DNA of 63,910 nucleotides, filler included, from Bigelowiella natans CCMP2755 (taxonomy: Eukaryota; Protista; Cercozoa), in assembly GCA_000320545.1 (NCBI GenBank). It is 4 parts of 4 records of this genome, joined end to end, with 100 filler letters (N's around TTAATTAATTAA, not from the genome) between each part and the next. Parts side by side here need not be neighbours in the genome. Positions count along the whole stretch, not along the records: positions 1 to 29,828 come from ADNK01001807.1; 3 more parts are not named here. One strand, given 5' to 3'. Below, piece by piece: positions 1 to 14,204 of this stretch. The notes under the pieces were generated by a model. That model was not told the DNA's origin. It saw only the letters and a program-made list of their open reading frames with translations, and did not search any database. Made by a program: the position numbers and the translations under genes. How positions within the stretch are numbered: the first letter of the stretch is position 1; the number at the start of each line of letters is the position of its first letter.

Positions 1-174
1 CCAGATCGGTTGCCGTTGGGGACGGATGGATCGAAATCTACCAGAGGAGGAGCGGCCGCGTCGTCGCAAGAACAATGACGGCGAGAGGAGAGGTACCCAT
101 TTCAAGAAATGCTTACATTTCTCAATATTTGCGTGGAGTTTGTATCTGCTTTGAAGGCTATTGACCCTAGAGAG

Positions 175-213
<39 letters not shown>

Positions 214-618
214 TTTACCTAAACAACACTATGCCCCTTAAGTAAGCAGAGCAGCAATACTATTGGTTCTCCCCCCCCCCCGTCTCCCTCCTTCTTAGGC
301 GAGAATTGCTTGGAAGACAATTGTGCTCAATCTATCTGGATTCTCGCGCACCGAGCCACTCATATTTCGGTATTGCTGTGACGTGCAGAAGCGAGAAGGG
401 CGATACAGGGAGGGGGGGGGGGGGGGAGGGAGGGGGGAGGATTGCAGCTGGATTGCAGCTGTAGCAGCAGATGATGCGTGTGATAGTGCTGGTCTTTCAC
501 TTCAATATTTCATATTTAATGGTCATTTTTTGCCGTCTGTTCCCACGTTTATCAGCGCATATGTAGATCCGTATCCGATATTGCATCTCCCACCTCGGCA
601 GCGGTAATAGCGACGTGT

Positions 619-662
<44 letters not shown>

Positions 663-1720
663 TCATTTTTGTTTTTCGCGTACCGACTTGTCGATGGAGA
701 GGCTCATTGCTCTTGAATCTTACGTGCCGTCTTTAAAAGTTTAAAAACAGCAACCGCAATTAACCCAACCCCCTTTCCAATGAACTGACGACCTCCGTAG
801 CACATTGCTAGCTTGCCGTGTGTACAATCTAATCCATTATTTCCTAGTTTTTCCTCTGATGTGGACGCGCCACCGAGACTGGGGGAGATAAGCCTCTCAT
901 GGTCAATAATGATTTGATGTTTTCGCCTTTTTCCCATGCATCTTTTTTTAAGTTTGTTTGTGCCGCGCAACTTCCTCCTCTACCTCCTCCTCTACCTCCT
1001 CCTCCCCCTCACTGCCTTCGTTGTCTTTTTATGGATTGATTCTCACCGAAGGAACGACTTGAAGAGGACGAAAGAGACGTTGCGAACGAGCTCGGTGGCT
1101 GTCTTCAATCTTCGAGGTAGCAGAGTTACGCACGCATGTGCGCAGATGCGAGAGAACTTAAAAAAGTTGAAGAATTCTGTCCAATACATGCTCTTAAAAA
1201 CGCTCAATCGGTATGGCGTGCATAGAAATAGTTATGATCTCTCACCGTCGTTGCCGTCCGTTTCATTGTGTGCAAAGATGCGGGCGTTGGGACTCGCATG
1301 CCGAGGCTTTGCTTTTACAAGCTGACATTCTCGCGGAAGAAGAAGGCAGCCAGCTTCTCGCAGTCAAATTCGGCTGATTATGGAAATCTTGTACCAAATG
1401 CCTCTCAAAGCCCACTAGCACCACAGGTAAACTTAATGCCTGTTGTCCAGTATGCGCTTCATGCGTGTTTGTTTGTTCTTGAATCTCTTTCTTTCTCTGT
1501 CTCTCTTCCTTATACACACACACACACACACACACACACCCACCATATCAACATATAACTTTGCGCTCCCATATCATACTTTCATAAGGCATATGCGTGT
1601 GTGCATATGTGTATTTAGATTTTTACTCATTTTCGGCGTTATGTGTATCTACTTTCATTAACGGGTTAATGTTAGTTTTTCCTTAACATCTCCGACCTCT
1701 TCATGACGCACATAAATGCA

Positions 1721-1794
<74 letters not shown>

Positions 1795-2161
1795 AGGCGC
1801 ATCAGCCTCCAAGCTCTCAGATGCTAATTCGGAAGCTGGAACGTGTAGAGGTCATCTATAAGGCGAATATTTGCGAAGAATATACCAGAGAATGGACTTC
1901 CAACGAGAAGACCTAATATATTTTCCAATCGGGGGAGGGGGGAGGGGGGGGGGCATATCAGCTACAACATAAAAACCAGCGTCGAGCTCGTTTGCCTAAA
2001 TATCATCATTACTTTGAGCTGATGATGTTTGTGATTGCAGTCCCAACTTCTCTATGAAACGCAATCGAAGCAAAGGCTGCAGGCTCAGGTGTGTTTCCCC
2101 ACTAAATGATTCTAATGTAATAAGTATATTTGTATTTGTATGTTTGTGTGTGTGTGTGTGT

Positions 2162-2205
<44 letters not shown>

Positions 2206-2440
2206 GTATATTTAAGGAAAATATTTCTTCGGTTAAACAGATCCAACGGATGAATGAGGACGTGCCCATCCGGTTAAGGTATGCCGCCACAAAACTCTGA
2301 CCAGAGGGAGGGAGAAGGCATCGGTCTTAGTCCTTGCGAAGGATATATTACAGAAATTGGGGAATTCATGGAAAATTCTTGTGAAGTTTGTGCTGAGATA
2401 GCGGAAATCGTACTGGAGCGAACTAAAACATATATTAACA

Positions 2441-2475
<35 letters not shown>

Positions 2476-3476
2476 GATTATTTCCTCTTCGATTCCATAA
2501 TTGAAATTGAAGCATTAAGTGGTGGCGCCTCCCTCCAATTTCTTGTCCCCCCTTCTCCCCACAGGTCATTAGAAATGGCTATTCGAGACGTCCAGCGGCA
2601 CAACTCGGAGCACCAGTTTCAGAGGAATGCAATCAAATCCTTAACTTCTGAAGAAGCAGCTCTTCGGTAACACGCGTCAATATCCCAGTCTCTTTCTCTC
2701 TTGCTCTCTCTCGCTCGCTCTCTCTCTTTCTCTGTATGTCTAGGGAGGGAGGCTAGACATACAGAGAGAGCAAGAGAGAAGGAAGAGGGATAGAAAAGAA
2801 GAGAGAGAGAGTTGAGACATCAGAGAGGGAAAAGTACAGCATTTGAAAATCGAACCAATGCGATGGGTAATGGGTGCGTCGCCTCTTGCGCAATCACGCT
2901 GGCTTCTTTCGCCCCAACCGCAACGACGCCGCAGCATTGACGCTCATAATTATGCTGCATAAATTACAGAGAGCTTGAAGTGTTACGGAAGCAGAGATAC
3001 ATTCTTAGCGAGAATTCAGGTCGGGCACGCACCGAGAGAAGAGATGGTGCTATAGAGATACGGCAGTGATCTATTGAACTCCCAGTCTTGAGCTTCTATT
3101 ATCCATGAGAAAAGCATCTACTAATAGCCGACAGAAATAGTTCTCTCGTCGTCTTTCGCAAAGATGCAAATTTCGCAGAGAGGAAACGCTGCTCTATATC
3201 TATAATTAAGTATTTGTTTGTTTATCTTGAGTATAAAAGATCGCATATTGCCCGATATTACCCGAACCTCTCCCTTCATTTCAGATGCAGAGCAGCCGGA
3301 CTCGAAGAATGAGTCCCCGCATAGCACCAGAAGCAGCAAGAAGCGAAACTGTAATGCTGCTTTCCCCAAATTACGGCGAGCACACACTTTGCTAGTGGCC
3401 GAGCCATCTCGCATCGTAGAAATGCTACCTCCCCCCCCCTTCCCCCCCCCCCCCACACACACACATACACACACAT

Positions 3477-3528
<52 letters not shown>

Positions 3529-4125
3529 CATAATATTTATTTGTTTCTGTATTTTTGTAAGATGTATGAGTGTATTCGAACACCTGTGTGTATGTGTTTG
3601 TATATGTGTGTGTGTATGTGTGTGTGTGTGTGTTTTCCCGTAGCACGGCGTGCAAGACCTCACCGCCATGCGCGTCCAGGAAAGCCTCCACAGCAGGTTG
3701 CGTGTATGCGTGTGAGTTTTCGTGTGCCTTGAGAGAGGGGGGGGGGACGGTGAGAGATTAGATGTACAAAATTTACTGCTTCCTTGCATTGACGATAGCA
3801 TAATACGCGGGCCAACACCGATTCCGAAAAAGCATTGGGGGTGGATGAATAGCACAGGGAAGGGGAGGAGCTTGCATGGCGTGCTCTACTAGATTTTCGA
3901 TAATAAACACGAAGAGCTCACGAACTCTCTTTTCGCTTTATTCCCTTTGATATAGTAAATGTGTATACAACATGCTCACATACTTAGATACGGCCTTCAT
4001 TCGTGTCGCCGCTAAAGCTGCCAGGATCTCCAAGAGACGCCCCCGTCCCAAAGCAGGCAAAATCGGATGTACTGAAGAACCTACATCGTTTCGTTCTTAA
4101 TTGTAATGCACAGTACACTGAGTAG
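1..4125 (+). CDS. 5'-partial multi-exon gene, possible C2-like domain followed by coiled-coil and low-complexity regions
   Basis: GT-AG bounded exons read VGDGWIEIYQRRSGRVVARTMTARGE|ARIAWKTIVLNLSGFSRTEPLIF (weak resemblance to a copine-type C2 domain), then SLEMAIRDVQRHNSEHQFQRNAIKSLTSEEAALR; probable last exon IRPSFVSPLK...NAQYTE* ends near 4125. Family assignment is weak. Confidence 0.45.
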
Positions 4126-4987
4126 CGACGCTGAGAAATGCTCGTCGCGAATATGACCCTGCAGGTAAATTCAGAGCTACTAGCCGCCACAACGCTAGGA
4201 AATCCCAGCGTCGAGAACATGACAGGTTACCTTTCCGACAATCTAGTTGTAGATTCTTTGGCTGCTGCTATTTCTGTGGCGGTTTGAGGGTATAAAACAT
4301 TGACCGCAAAGTAGCAAAAGATTATGATTTCGTTGTGATATTTTCCCTGTGTAAAATACAATATTTTCCTGATCTGTGTCTTCATTCCTCTAGTTTCTTC
4401 TTCCATAAAACACAACGCCAAAGACAATATATCTTCACTCGCTCAGCATGATTATCATGAGAGTTTTGGGCAATATCCACAAAAAAAATGTCATTTTTTT
4501 CTCCCCTCGAATGTCGTAAATTTACCATTCTGTGCGTAATGCTTAGCGAGGAGCCACACGTTTCGGTCCGATCTAGCCCTAAGTGAAGACAGCACAGCCC
4601 GATGAGTTAATCTGAGCTTCTCTGTTCTTGCTGTTCATCAAGAAAATAATAGTGTACAGCTAGCATCGTTGCGTTGCGTCGCATGCATGGCAATTAGTCC
4701 TGCCCTTGATCATCGTTCGTGTAAACAATGAGTGATCTGAGACACTTATTGTTGAATATTTCTGATGCGTATGACACTGCAAGAGCCACGCGACACTTAA
4801 ACCTCCTCACTGCGCACAGACAAACGCTAAACGCCTAATGATTGCGATGCATGCATGCATGCACACGTAACTAACGCAATCGTTTATCGAGGTCAGTAGG
4901 TTCTAGAAATATCTGTAGCTAGATGCAACATGTTTGTGTGATCTTTGCATGTGCACTTAGCTTGCTCAGAGATGAGCAGTGCGCCGC

Positions 4988-5124
4988 GCTAGCTGCAGTG
5001 CATGCGATGCACTACTTTAGTAACTGCTTGACAAGATGAGGTGTGTCGTCTAGGAGCTAGCTGCAGTGCATGCGATGCACTACTTTAGTAACTGCTTGAC
5101 AAGATGAGGTGTGTCGTCTAGGAG
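4988..5124. repeat. Perfect 68-bp tandem duplication
   Basis: gctagctgcagtgcatgcgatgcactactttagtaactgcttgacaagatgaggtgtgtcgtctagga starts at 4988 and again at 5056. Confidence 0.95.
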
Positions 5125-6206
5125 TGTGTGTGTGTGTGTGTGTTTATATGTGCATGCGTGTGCTGCACTCGCTCAATGCATGCTAGTATGCTACCTGTGC
5201 GCTGCGCGCGCATTTGACTTTACTTTTTCACTAGATATTATTATTCAATGGCCAAATAGTTTGTTCCTTGAATTTTCATCACGTATACGTACATGTTCTA
5301 ACGCTGACTTTTCGGCGGATTCAGTTGCAGGGAAAAACCACCTACAACTAAACAAAGAACTCCTATGCACGGACTCGCACATTTTCAACATACAATATTG
5401 CTGCTACTTTACAATACTGCTGTTGTTGTAGCTGATGATGCTGCTGCTTCTGCTTTCTGCTACTGCTACTGCTACTACTACTACTACTACTACCACTGCT
5501 GACACTGGAAATGACATTGCAAGTTATTATGACAATGAAATTTGACCCAATATACTGCCATTGTCATTCACCAAATGCTGCAACTGCTGTCTAGTTTCTA
5601 GCAATGCTATCGCTGCTAACCCTAGACCCACCAGCAAAATGCATGTTCTTCGCCTCGAATTTTGCCTTTTGCCCAATTAAAAGCTTTGAGCGAGGAAAGT
5701 CGTTGTGAAGTGAATTGCCGTGATGCTATCAAGATGTCAGAAATTGTCTTACTCTTTTTGCGACCACTTCATGGAGCGATGTGCAATGCTAGAATGGGAA
5801 ATGGGGAAGTGCTTTTGTTACAGCTTTCTAGCCATCATTCAGACGAGCCGAATGCGTGCATCATTGTGCATCATTATATGCGCCTCACTCATTTTAATTG
5901 TCGCTCGTTGTTACGAATGAAAAACGGTCTGATTTGCGACCGCAAGCAAGCGCATTGGACAAACGTGTAATAACCGAATGGCAACGAAACATGCCTCATG
6001 CATGTTGTACAGTAACCGATGCAAGCTAGCAAGCAGAACATAGAACATAATATAGACATGTACTCTTTGTTGATTTGCAATGCCATTACTCACTGGATAA
6101 CTCCTTGATTTTAAGCCATATACACGCACACTAGAGACGCCAAAACTTCAAAGGAAAAAAAAAAGTCTATTCTCGCCTTCTATCGACAGATGCTGTGTAC
6201 GTCCAA

Positions 6207-7327
6207 CTACTGGGGGCGGTGTCCACGCTGCTGTGCGCTGCTACCACCGCCCAGCAAATACCATATCCCTGCTGCCAAAGCAACAAATGCTCCTGCTCCG
6301 AGTGCGCCTATTGATACTAGAGCTAATTCTCGTGAAGGAAAGACAGCTAAGCTCTGTTTTCTTTCCTTTACGCTATGCTGGAGTCCCTGCTGCTGCTGTT
6401 GCGTTTCATCGCTACCTGCTGCGATTGAAGTCTTTTGTTTTGATTTCCATTGTTCAATGACCAATTTAGACCTCTGAATCTGCCTCGATAGAGGACCAAG
6501 ATCAGCAGCAGTGATCGCTGCTTTTCTATTACTGCTAGTTGTTCTTGCATCTTTTACCTCGTCAGCCTTTTCGTTTCTTCCCTCGCCATTTTCGATATTA
6601 GCGGTAGCTTTCAGCGCCAGCTTGTGCGTGATTCCTTCTAAAACAGACACTAGGTACTCCGCAGCTGCAGTAAACGATTCCTGTAGATCTGCTCGCCCAC
6701 ACGCTTGGCACATCTCTGCTAGATTCATGAGGATCGTAGTCATTTCCACCACATTCAAATTGCAGTTGTCCGCAATCATGCTTTCCTTCAAATGCTTCGT
6801 GCGCTCGAAGCTTTGGCGCAGCCGTGATGCCGCGGTGCCCTTGCGAGTCGCCGCTTGCCCTTGCAGCTGCGACTTGGCTTGTTCTTCAGCAATGCACTGG
6901 CAGAAGAAGAGGATGATGATGTTGGACAAAAGACCGATGTTGGAAAAAGCGGTTATGGCCTGGCTAAAGAGGGTGACGGCCTCTAGATTGCTGCGGAGAA
7001 TGAGCTTGTCGATGGCAATGTCCGCCACACAGTCCCAACTTGTTGGATGGCCGTGACCCAGCAATCTCTGGAAGATCCGGAGCGCGCTCATATGCAGCTC
7101 CATCATCTTCCCGACGTTGCCCTGGTAGCCAAACTGGCCAGCCAGGTTCTTGATATTGATGGCCACGTTCGGGTGGTTCTCGCCAAAGTAGGCGCGGTTT
7201 ATCTCCAGGGCCTGGCTGATGAGAGAGAGCGTCTCTTTGCGGTCTCCGAGCATCTCGTGAGCCGCGGCCAGGTTGTTCAACTGCATGGCCACCTGAAACA
7301 TGCGAATCCTCTATCGTCACAACTTAG

Positions 7328-7368
<41 letters not shown>

Positions 7369-9382
7369 ACGTCTTCGATGTGGATCGAGAATCGAGAAGG
7401 GTATTTATTTCCGGAACACATACCTGCGGATGGCGGTCGCCGAAGTGCTTGCGGGTGACGACGAGGGCCTTGCGCAGCATGTCCCTTTTCTTCGCATACC
7501 AACCGCAGTGCCCGTGCGCGTCCGCGAGGTATCCTTGCGCAAGAGCGACCTGTACGTGATGATGTTCATTGAAAGCGCCAATGATGAAGGTGAAGGTGAA
7601 GAAGAAGATGATGATGGGTGGGGGATGGACTTACATCAAAATGCGCTGGCCCGAATTCTGCCTCTAAGATCTTCACCGCGCGCGTATGGCACTCCACACC
7701 ATACTCGTATCTCGTAGCTGCCAGCGCCGCATTGCCCAGCTCCATAAGGACCTTGCCCACCTGCGTATTCGCCGCACCTATGAAAGGGAGGGAGAATGAT
7801 ACGCGCATCGAGCTTCATCAAAGCCAAACGGGAGGTCTACGACGATGCTGGTTCTCCCCCTCCCCCCCCCCCCCCAAAAAAAACAAAACAAAAACCAACC
7901 ATTCGCCTACCGAGCTTGGCCTCTATAATCTTCACCGCCTTCTCCAGGAGATCCACCTTACCGTCAGGGTTGTCTCCCTTCATCGTCTGGGCGAGCTGTA
8001 CCATCGTGAACGCTATCATCCAAGCGCTGCCGCCATCCGAGTGCTTCCCCAGCTGTTTCTCCTGGATCTTGTACGCGCGCTCCACGAGCGCGCGAGCCCG
8101 GCCCCCCTCCCCCAACTGCTGCAACACCCCCCCGAGATTGCGGTAGGTGCTCACGAGATTCAGGTGGTCGGGGCCAAAGGCCTTCTCTTGTATCCTCAGC
8201 GCTCTCTCAAGCAATGGCTTCATGCCCTTATAGTTGCCACAAGCGCCGTGCGCCTTCGCGAGCTGGATCAACACCTGCGCACTCTGCACGTGCTCAGCGC
8301 CGAATTGGCCTTCCAGCAGGCGGAGAGCGGCCTCGAGCATCGTCCGCGCTTCCGCCGCGCCTCCCCTCGCCAGCAACACGTCAGCTAGGTTGGCCATGCA
8401 CGAGGCCATTGCCCAGTGGTTGGTCCCGCCGTAATGGTGGCGGAAGATAGCAAGGGCGCGCTGGTAGCTCGTGGTGCTTGCCACGTAGTCGCCCTTTTGC
8501 GCGAGGGCGGCGCCGAGGGCCTCGAGAACAAGAGCAACACTGTTGTGCTCCTTGCCGAAGGACTTCTCGCGTATCGTCAGCGCGCGTCGCAGCAGGGCCT
8601 CCGCGTCGATGCTGAATCCAGCGTGGGAGGGGACCTTGGCGAGGAGGAGGAGTGTGTCACCCACACGCACGTGATCTCGCCCGAGCTGCGTCTCGTTTAT
8701 CGCCAGCGAGCGCTGCAAGCATTTGGCGCCTTTCGGATGGTCGCCTACGGCGATGTGACTGGCCCCGAGATTATCGAGGATGTAGGCGATCTGAAATTTC
8801 GGAGCGACGGGCGTGTTTGCGAGAGCGGCGAGGAGCGGTGTGGGATGTGTATGAATGTGTATGTTTTGCGAGTTTCTCTTTCGCCATCCCGCTTCCCCTC
8901 TCCTCTCCCCCCCCCACCTCTACTTCTCTCTTGGATAATTTGAATGTTTGCGCAACTTATGTTTATGCATATATATATATATATATATATATATGTATAA
9001 CCATCACCCGCTCTCCATCCTCACATTCCTACACAGTAGACGAAGACATGCACAAACGCCGCAACACTGAATGAGGCAGCACGCACCTGGTGATGTTCCT
9101 TGCCGAACATCTCCTCATAAAGAGGGAGACACGCAGTGAATATCTCCACGGCCTTTTGCGAGTGGCCAAGCTGCAGATGAGCGGTGCCAAGGTTCAACTT
9201 CATTGCATAAAACGAGTGCTTGGAAAGCTCCCCCCCCCCCCCCCCTTCCTTCGCATCAGCCCGGAAAATCTCATCGGCAGCCTCGAGAAGCTCGAGCGCG
9301 GCCTTTGAGTCTTTAAATTCTCCGAGGAAGCCCTGCCCCAGGTTCATCAGCGTGTTGATGCGACTAACCGACCGGTCCATCT

Positions 9383-9424
<42 letters not shown>

Positions 9425-12400
9425 GGAAGAAAGAGGGAGGGGGAGGGAAGAGATTCAATAACCTACCGATCATCATTCACAATCCAGGAAAAAAATTGTG
9501 CCCCGTATATTATATACACACGGGTGTTACCTGCAATCCAATGAATTCGGGCACGTTCTTATCGTCCACGCGCAGCTCGGAGCGCGGCCCCAAGACGCTC
9601 TCAAACTCATCGAAGATGAATAGAAGCGGCAGTTCCTGCATCAGCAGATGCGTGCGATTCTTAGATTAGCTGCCACGATGGTGGGATCTTCCATGGGATG
9701 AGAACAATGGTTGTCGTGGTTGTTGTTGTGGTTATCGTGGTTATTGCTATTGAGATCTCTGTGATGACGATGCTACCTTCGCTGCCTGGAGGCTTCTCTC
9801 GGAATCCCCCAAAAGCCCTCTCATCACCACGTCGATGGCATTTCTCAAGTCCGTCATGTTGCGCTCTGTGAGCTCCTCGCGCAGGAGGACGGGAACCCAG
9901 GCCTTTCGAGCGCTGGGCGTGGCTGGCGCGCGTGCAAGTGGGGAGGGAGAGGGGTGTCACCATGTGTGCATGTTTTAGAAAGGGCGAACCCACACACGCT
10001 AAAAAGAGTCATCAGATGAGAGGGAGGGGGGGGGGGAAGGGGGGGGGGAGGACACCTTGATGGCCAAATTCTGAGAAATCACGTCGATTCTCCGCCGATT
10101 GCGAGGAAGGAGCAGGAGAAGGCCCGTCACCTCCGACAGCCTTAACTCCATACTCAGAGGCCTTCTGCCCGTGACCGCTAGCGGCATAATCGCTGCTGTC
10201 GTTGACGTATTCCGCATCGTACTCCGCGTCGCCACAGCCGTCGTCAAGATCCCCCTCCTCTTGAACAACGATGATGTTGTTCTTTCCTTCGGTTGCACTG
10301 CTCTCTGTGCGTTGCGTTGCCTTTGACTCATTCTTCTGCTTCTCCTCCCCAGCGCCTTCTCCTTCCGCAGCCATAGGCACTCGAGAGGCCTTATCGTAGC
10401 CGCCCCCCTCGCCAGATTCGGCGCCATCATCGCTCGGTCTGGACATGTTCAGATCCGAGCTGTTGACTGCATACTCTGAGTTATCATATACAGCTCCATC
10501 CTCCGCCGCTCTACCCGATGTTTTCCCTTCTATATTTTTGCCAGCGGAATCATGATTTTCGTACTCAACAACCCGGATCTCTTCCGAATCTGCGTCGCCC
10601 CCCTCCCTATACGCACTATCGTCGTACTCGCAGCACTCCCCCGAGCCGCCGGCGCTCGTAACTTCTCTCCCCCCCCCCTGTTTCCCTTCGCCCGTGGCCA
10701 GGGCATGTTGGCACTCTTGGTTTGCAAGAGCTTTCCAGGCAGCCGTCGCACAACGAGACGCGAAGGCGTGCGCGACTAGGGATTTTCCGCTGCCGCTCTC
10801 CCCGAGGATGACTAACACTTGGGAAGAAGGCGAAGAAGGGGGAGTGGAGGGGTTATTAGACACGTTGCTTACCCTCCCGTTGTTGGCTGCCTCCTCATTG
10901 AGTTCCTCCTCCTCCTCTTTCGCCCCGTGGAGGAAATTGTCCAGCACAGCCTCTACACAGGAGGAGGAAGGAGGAGGAGGAGGAATGGGGGGGGCTGTCG
11001 TTGCCTGCTCCCCATCGCCAAGTGCAGAGTCGTTTTTGGTGTATTTCAGGTCGAAATTAATCGACATCGGGTTCTCAGCCGTAAGTGGAAGCGGCTTGTA
11101 GATTCGCAGTGGTTTTGCATACTTTGTCAGTCGGCTCTCCAACCTGCACGAAAACGGCGGTGAGGGCGATGAAACCAAAGCAGGAGGACAGGAGGGGGGG
11201 GCAAGGCAGCATCCCCTGCAGACAGATATGGCGGTTCGGATGGGGGTTCATACTTTTCGAGAAGGATCACTGAAGGGGTGCTGGGATGAGCTTTTTCAAG
11301 TAGCTGATAGCAGTCCTTGATAACCTACAAGCGACGAGAAGACCACACGCAAAACACACACACACACACACACACACATACACACACACACAGACACGTA
11401 CGCAAAACGAGACGAAAAGCATTTAAGAAAAATCATCGCAGGCGGCGCTGGCAAGACAGAGAATCCTCGGGCTTTAATACTGCGCAGAATAAAACAGCAA
11501 GAGGATAAAATTGATCCATGCTGTTTTCGCAACTCTGACCGAATCTATGGAAGGACGTGCTTCGGGCTCGAACGACCAACACGCCTTAATAACGCCCTTG
11601 ATTGTCTCTGGCCAGTGAGACTGTACCTCCTCCCTCTCCCCCCTCTCCATCTGCGCCCGCAGCGCACGGTTCCGCAATGGATTTCGCGGGTTTCGGCCGC
11701 TAACCAGCTGCCACACCATCAGGCCGAAAGCGTACATATCGTCTGGGGAGAACACACAGCATTCAATAGCACACAGTCATTGGAAGACAAACAGACCGGT
11801 TTTACGATGTGGAGGAGGCTGCCTAGAGAGGGCTGTTACCATCGATGGAAACAAAGCCCCAGTCGTAACAAACGGTCTCTCCCTGGCGTCAAGTCATAGC
11901 GCATGCAAACATACACACCTTGTGCTGAATCAGCATAGCTGCGACGCGCGCGGAAGTTGAGGCGCTGCGGCGACATGAAACGGACGTCCTGTAACCCCAT
12001 CTCGACCGCCTCTGCTTGCTGCGGGAGGAGGAGCAAGAAGCACGCACTAGTAAGATGAAAAGGTACGGAAGGACACCGCCCCCTCCGTGGAACAACAGAC
12101 AGGAATAAAAGAAAATTTGTAAAACAGTGAATTACTACATGCATCGCCCACATCATCACCTGCTCCGAAACCAAGCTATCTGCACCCGCCACGCCTAAGT
12201 CCGCCAGTTTCGCCCTCATCAGCCCGTCTACCAACACGTTTTCCCCTTTCAGATCTCGGTGGAGGATTCCTATGTGGGGAGGGGGGGGGGGGGAGAAGCG
12301 GGTACGTGCGTGCCCTTCAAACTAAAAGCTGCAAATAGGATGCGAACAAACCACCGACAAGTACCGTTTTTCTCGTGCCACGAGAAACAGGAGAAAAAAA

Positions 12401-12620
12401 AGTTTAATCATATAGCATTCCGCCGCTTTCATTGTCCAAACCCACAAGTGTTGCACCTTGAGAATGAAGATGCCGCAGCCCTTCTGCACACTCTATAATC
12501 CAGCGGTAAAGCATGCAGCGCGGAGCTCTCCTCGCCAATTTCACGTCGAGTTCTCCCATCTTGCAGAACTCCATTACTGCGGTCGGAGCACCGTCATAGG
12601 CCCACTAGATAGTATTACAT

Positions 12621-12672
<52 letters not shown>

Positions 12673-13599
12673 TTTATATATAAGTAAATATATATACTTT
12701 TACAATGATTAATTCATTACGACAAGGCTATTAAGAATATCCACTTCCTATCAATCGTCTATTACTATCTGCTCTGTAACTCACCACGCCGAGGAACTCT
12801 ACAATATTCTTGTGGGAAGCGCGAGAAAGCTGGGTAAGTTCCCAGCTCAACGCATCCTTTACTTGCTCCTTGAAGGTAATATATCATTCTGAGCCTGTAG
12901 CGTCCTTCGCTAATGTCTCTCACCTCTACTTTTCAATATAAAATCTTGAAGGCTAATGTTTCGAAAGATCGTTTTATTACCTGGGAAAGTCCAAGTTTTC
13001 GGTTTGATTGGATCCGAACAACCTGGCCAGTAGCAATAAACATCGATGATGCCACTGACAGATATGCTTCAACGCAAGACCTACCTTTACCGCCACTGTC
13101 TGCTCACGGTGCTTTCCGAGAAATACCTTACAAGTGGCAAAGCTCATAAGAAGAAATTCGTATTGCTCTGCAACACGCCCTTTGCTCAGGATTGCAGCAT
13201 CCAACTAGCACCGCTAATGAAATCGGCCTACCTCCCCAAACGCGCCGCTCCCCAGGCGCTTTGTGATGCTGATGTTCGTCTGTGCGAGAGATATGGCGAA
13301 TTGTGAGTGGACATATTCGAGCAAGGCTGATTTAAGAAGAGAGCTGCTGCATTACCAGACGTGGAAGGCCCAGCGAAGTAGCCAAACTTTCGATAGCATC
13401 CCCCCCCGTGTAACCTTTGCTGTCGTCCGACGATCCCACGGCTTCTGCGACCGCACCGCCGTTGCCATTCTCTCCCAACGCCTTGCCTACATCAGCCTAA
13501 AGAAGGGATCACCAATGAAGAGGGCTTTGCTTTTGGTGACATGATGAAGACATGCACGCTGAGTGCTCGAAAAGCACCATCATCATCTACCGTCGGCAT
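6207..13599 (-). CDS. Multi-exon protein kinase (TKL-like) + NACHT/STAND-like P-loop NTPase + TPR repeats + C-terminal transmembrane segment
   Basis: Spliced kinase motifs LGSGAFGE|VFLGKHREQTVAVK|ELTQLSRASHKNIVEFLGV|VMEFCKMGEL|ECAEGLRHLHSQG|ILHRDLKGENVLVD...KLADLG|DMYAFGLMVWQL. Walker A VLVILGESGSGKS (~10790), Walker B LLFIFDEFE (~9610). Kinesin-light-chain-type TPRs at 6900-9380. C-terminal hydrophobic LALVSIGALGAGAFVALAAGIWYLL. Candidate start MPTVDDDG at 13599. The single-gene model is inferred. Confidence 0.8.
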
Positions 13600-14204
13600 G
13601 GGTGTTCCGTTTGTTGCGCAGCGCTATTTTAGACTTATTATATTAGATATTGACCCGATATAAAAGTCACACATCATGCTTCGCGGGTCGCGATTTTGCT
13701 TTCCTGGAAGACGAAAGGCTCCTCTCCTGATTCTCAGATGCGGGCTGCACCAAAGCTTGCCAGCTGCGCGCCTTCGAGAGTATCAATGCCAGCCCCTAAT
13801 TTTCGACATGCGACAAAGAGGAAGTCATGTCGGTTGAAAAAAAATGACAAAACTATCAGCACATTTCTAATTTGTTGCTAAAGGTTGCGAAATGGATGGC
13901 GTTCATTGCATTGATCGCATGGAAGTTAGTTCGAGGCACTGCATCTTGCAACATTTTGGAAATGTAGTTCTTCATCATTGTTTCATTGTTTCATTGTTTC
14001 ATGATTCACACACTGCAAATGTCTTGTCACATTTTGGAAATGTAGTTCATCATCATTGTGGTTCTGGCGCATGTGGTTTTTGATCAACGCTTTGTTCATT
14101 GTTCATTGTTCATCATTGTTCATTGTTCATTGACTGCAATGGTTGAAAGTTGCACGTTGTCGCTGCCAAATTGCATCCAGACCAAAGATGCATTGCTAGA
14201 TTGG

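Noticed and set aside
3121-3855. Many ORFs with YIYI, THTH, CVCV or SLSL runs (here and throughout the track)
   Set aside because: Translations of intronic microsatellites or antisense frames of real exons.
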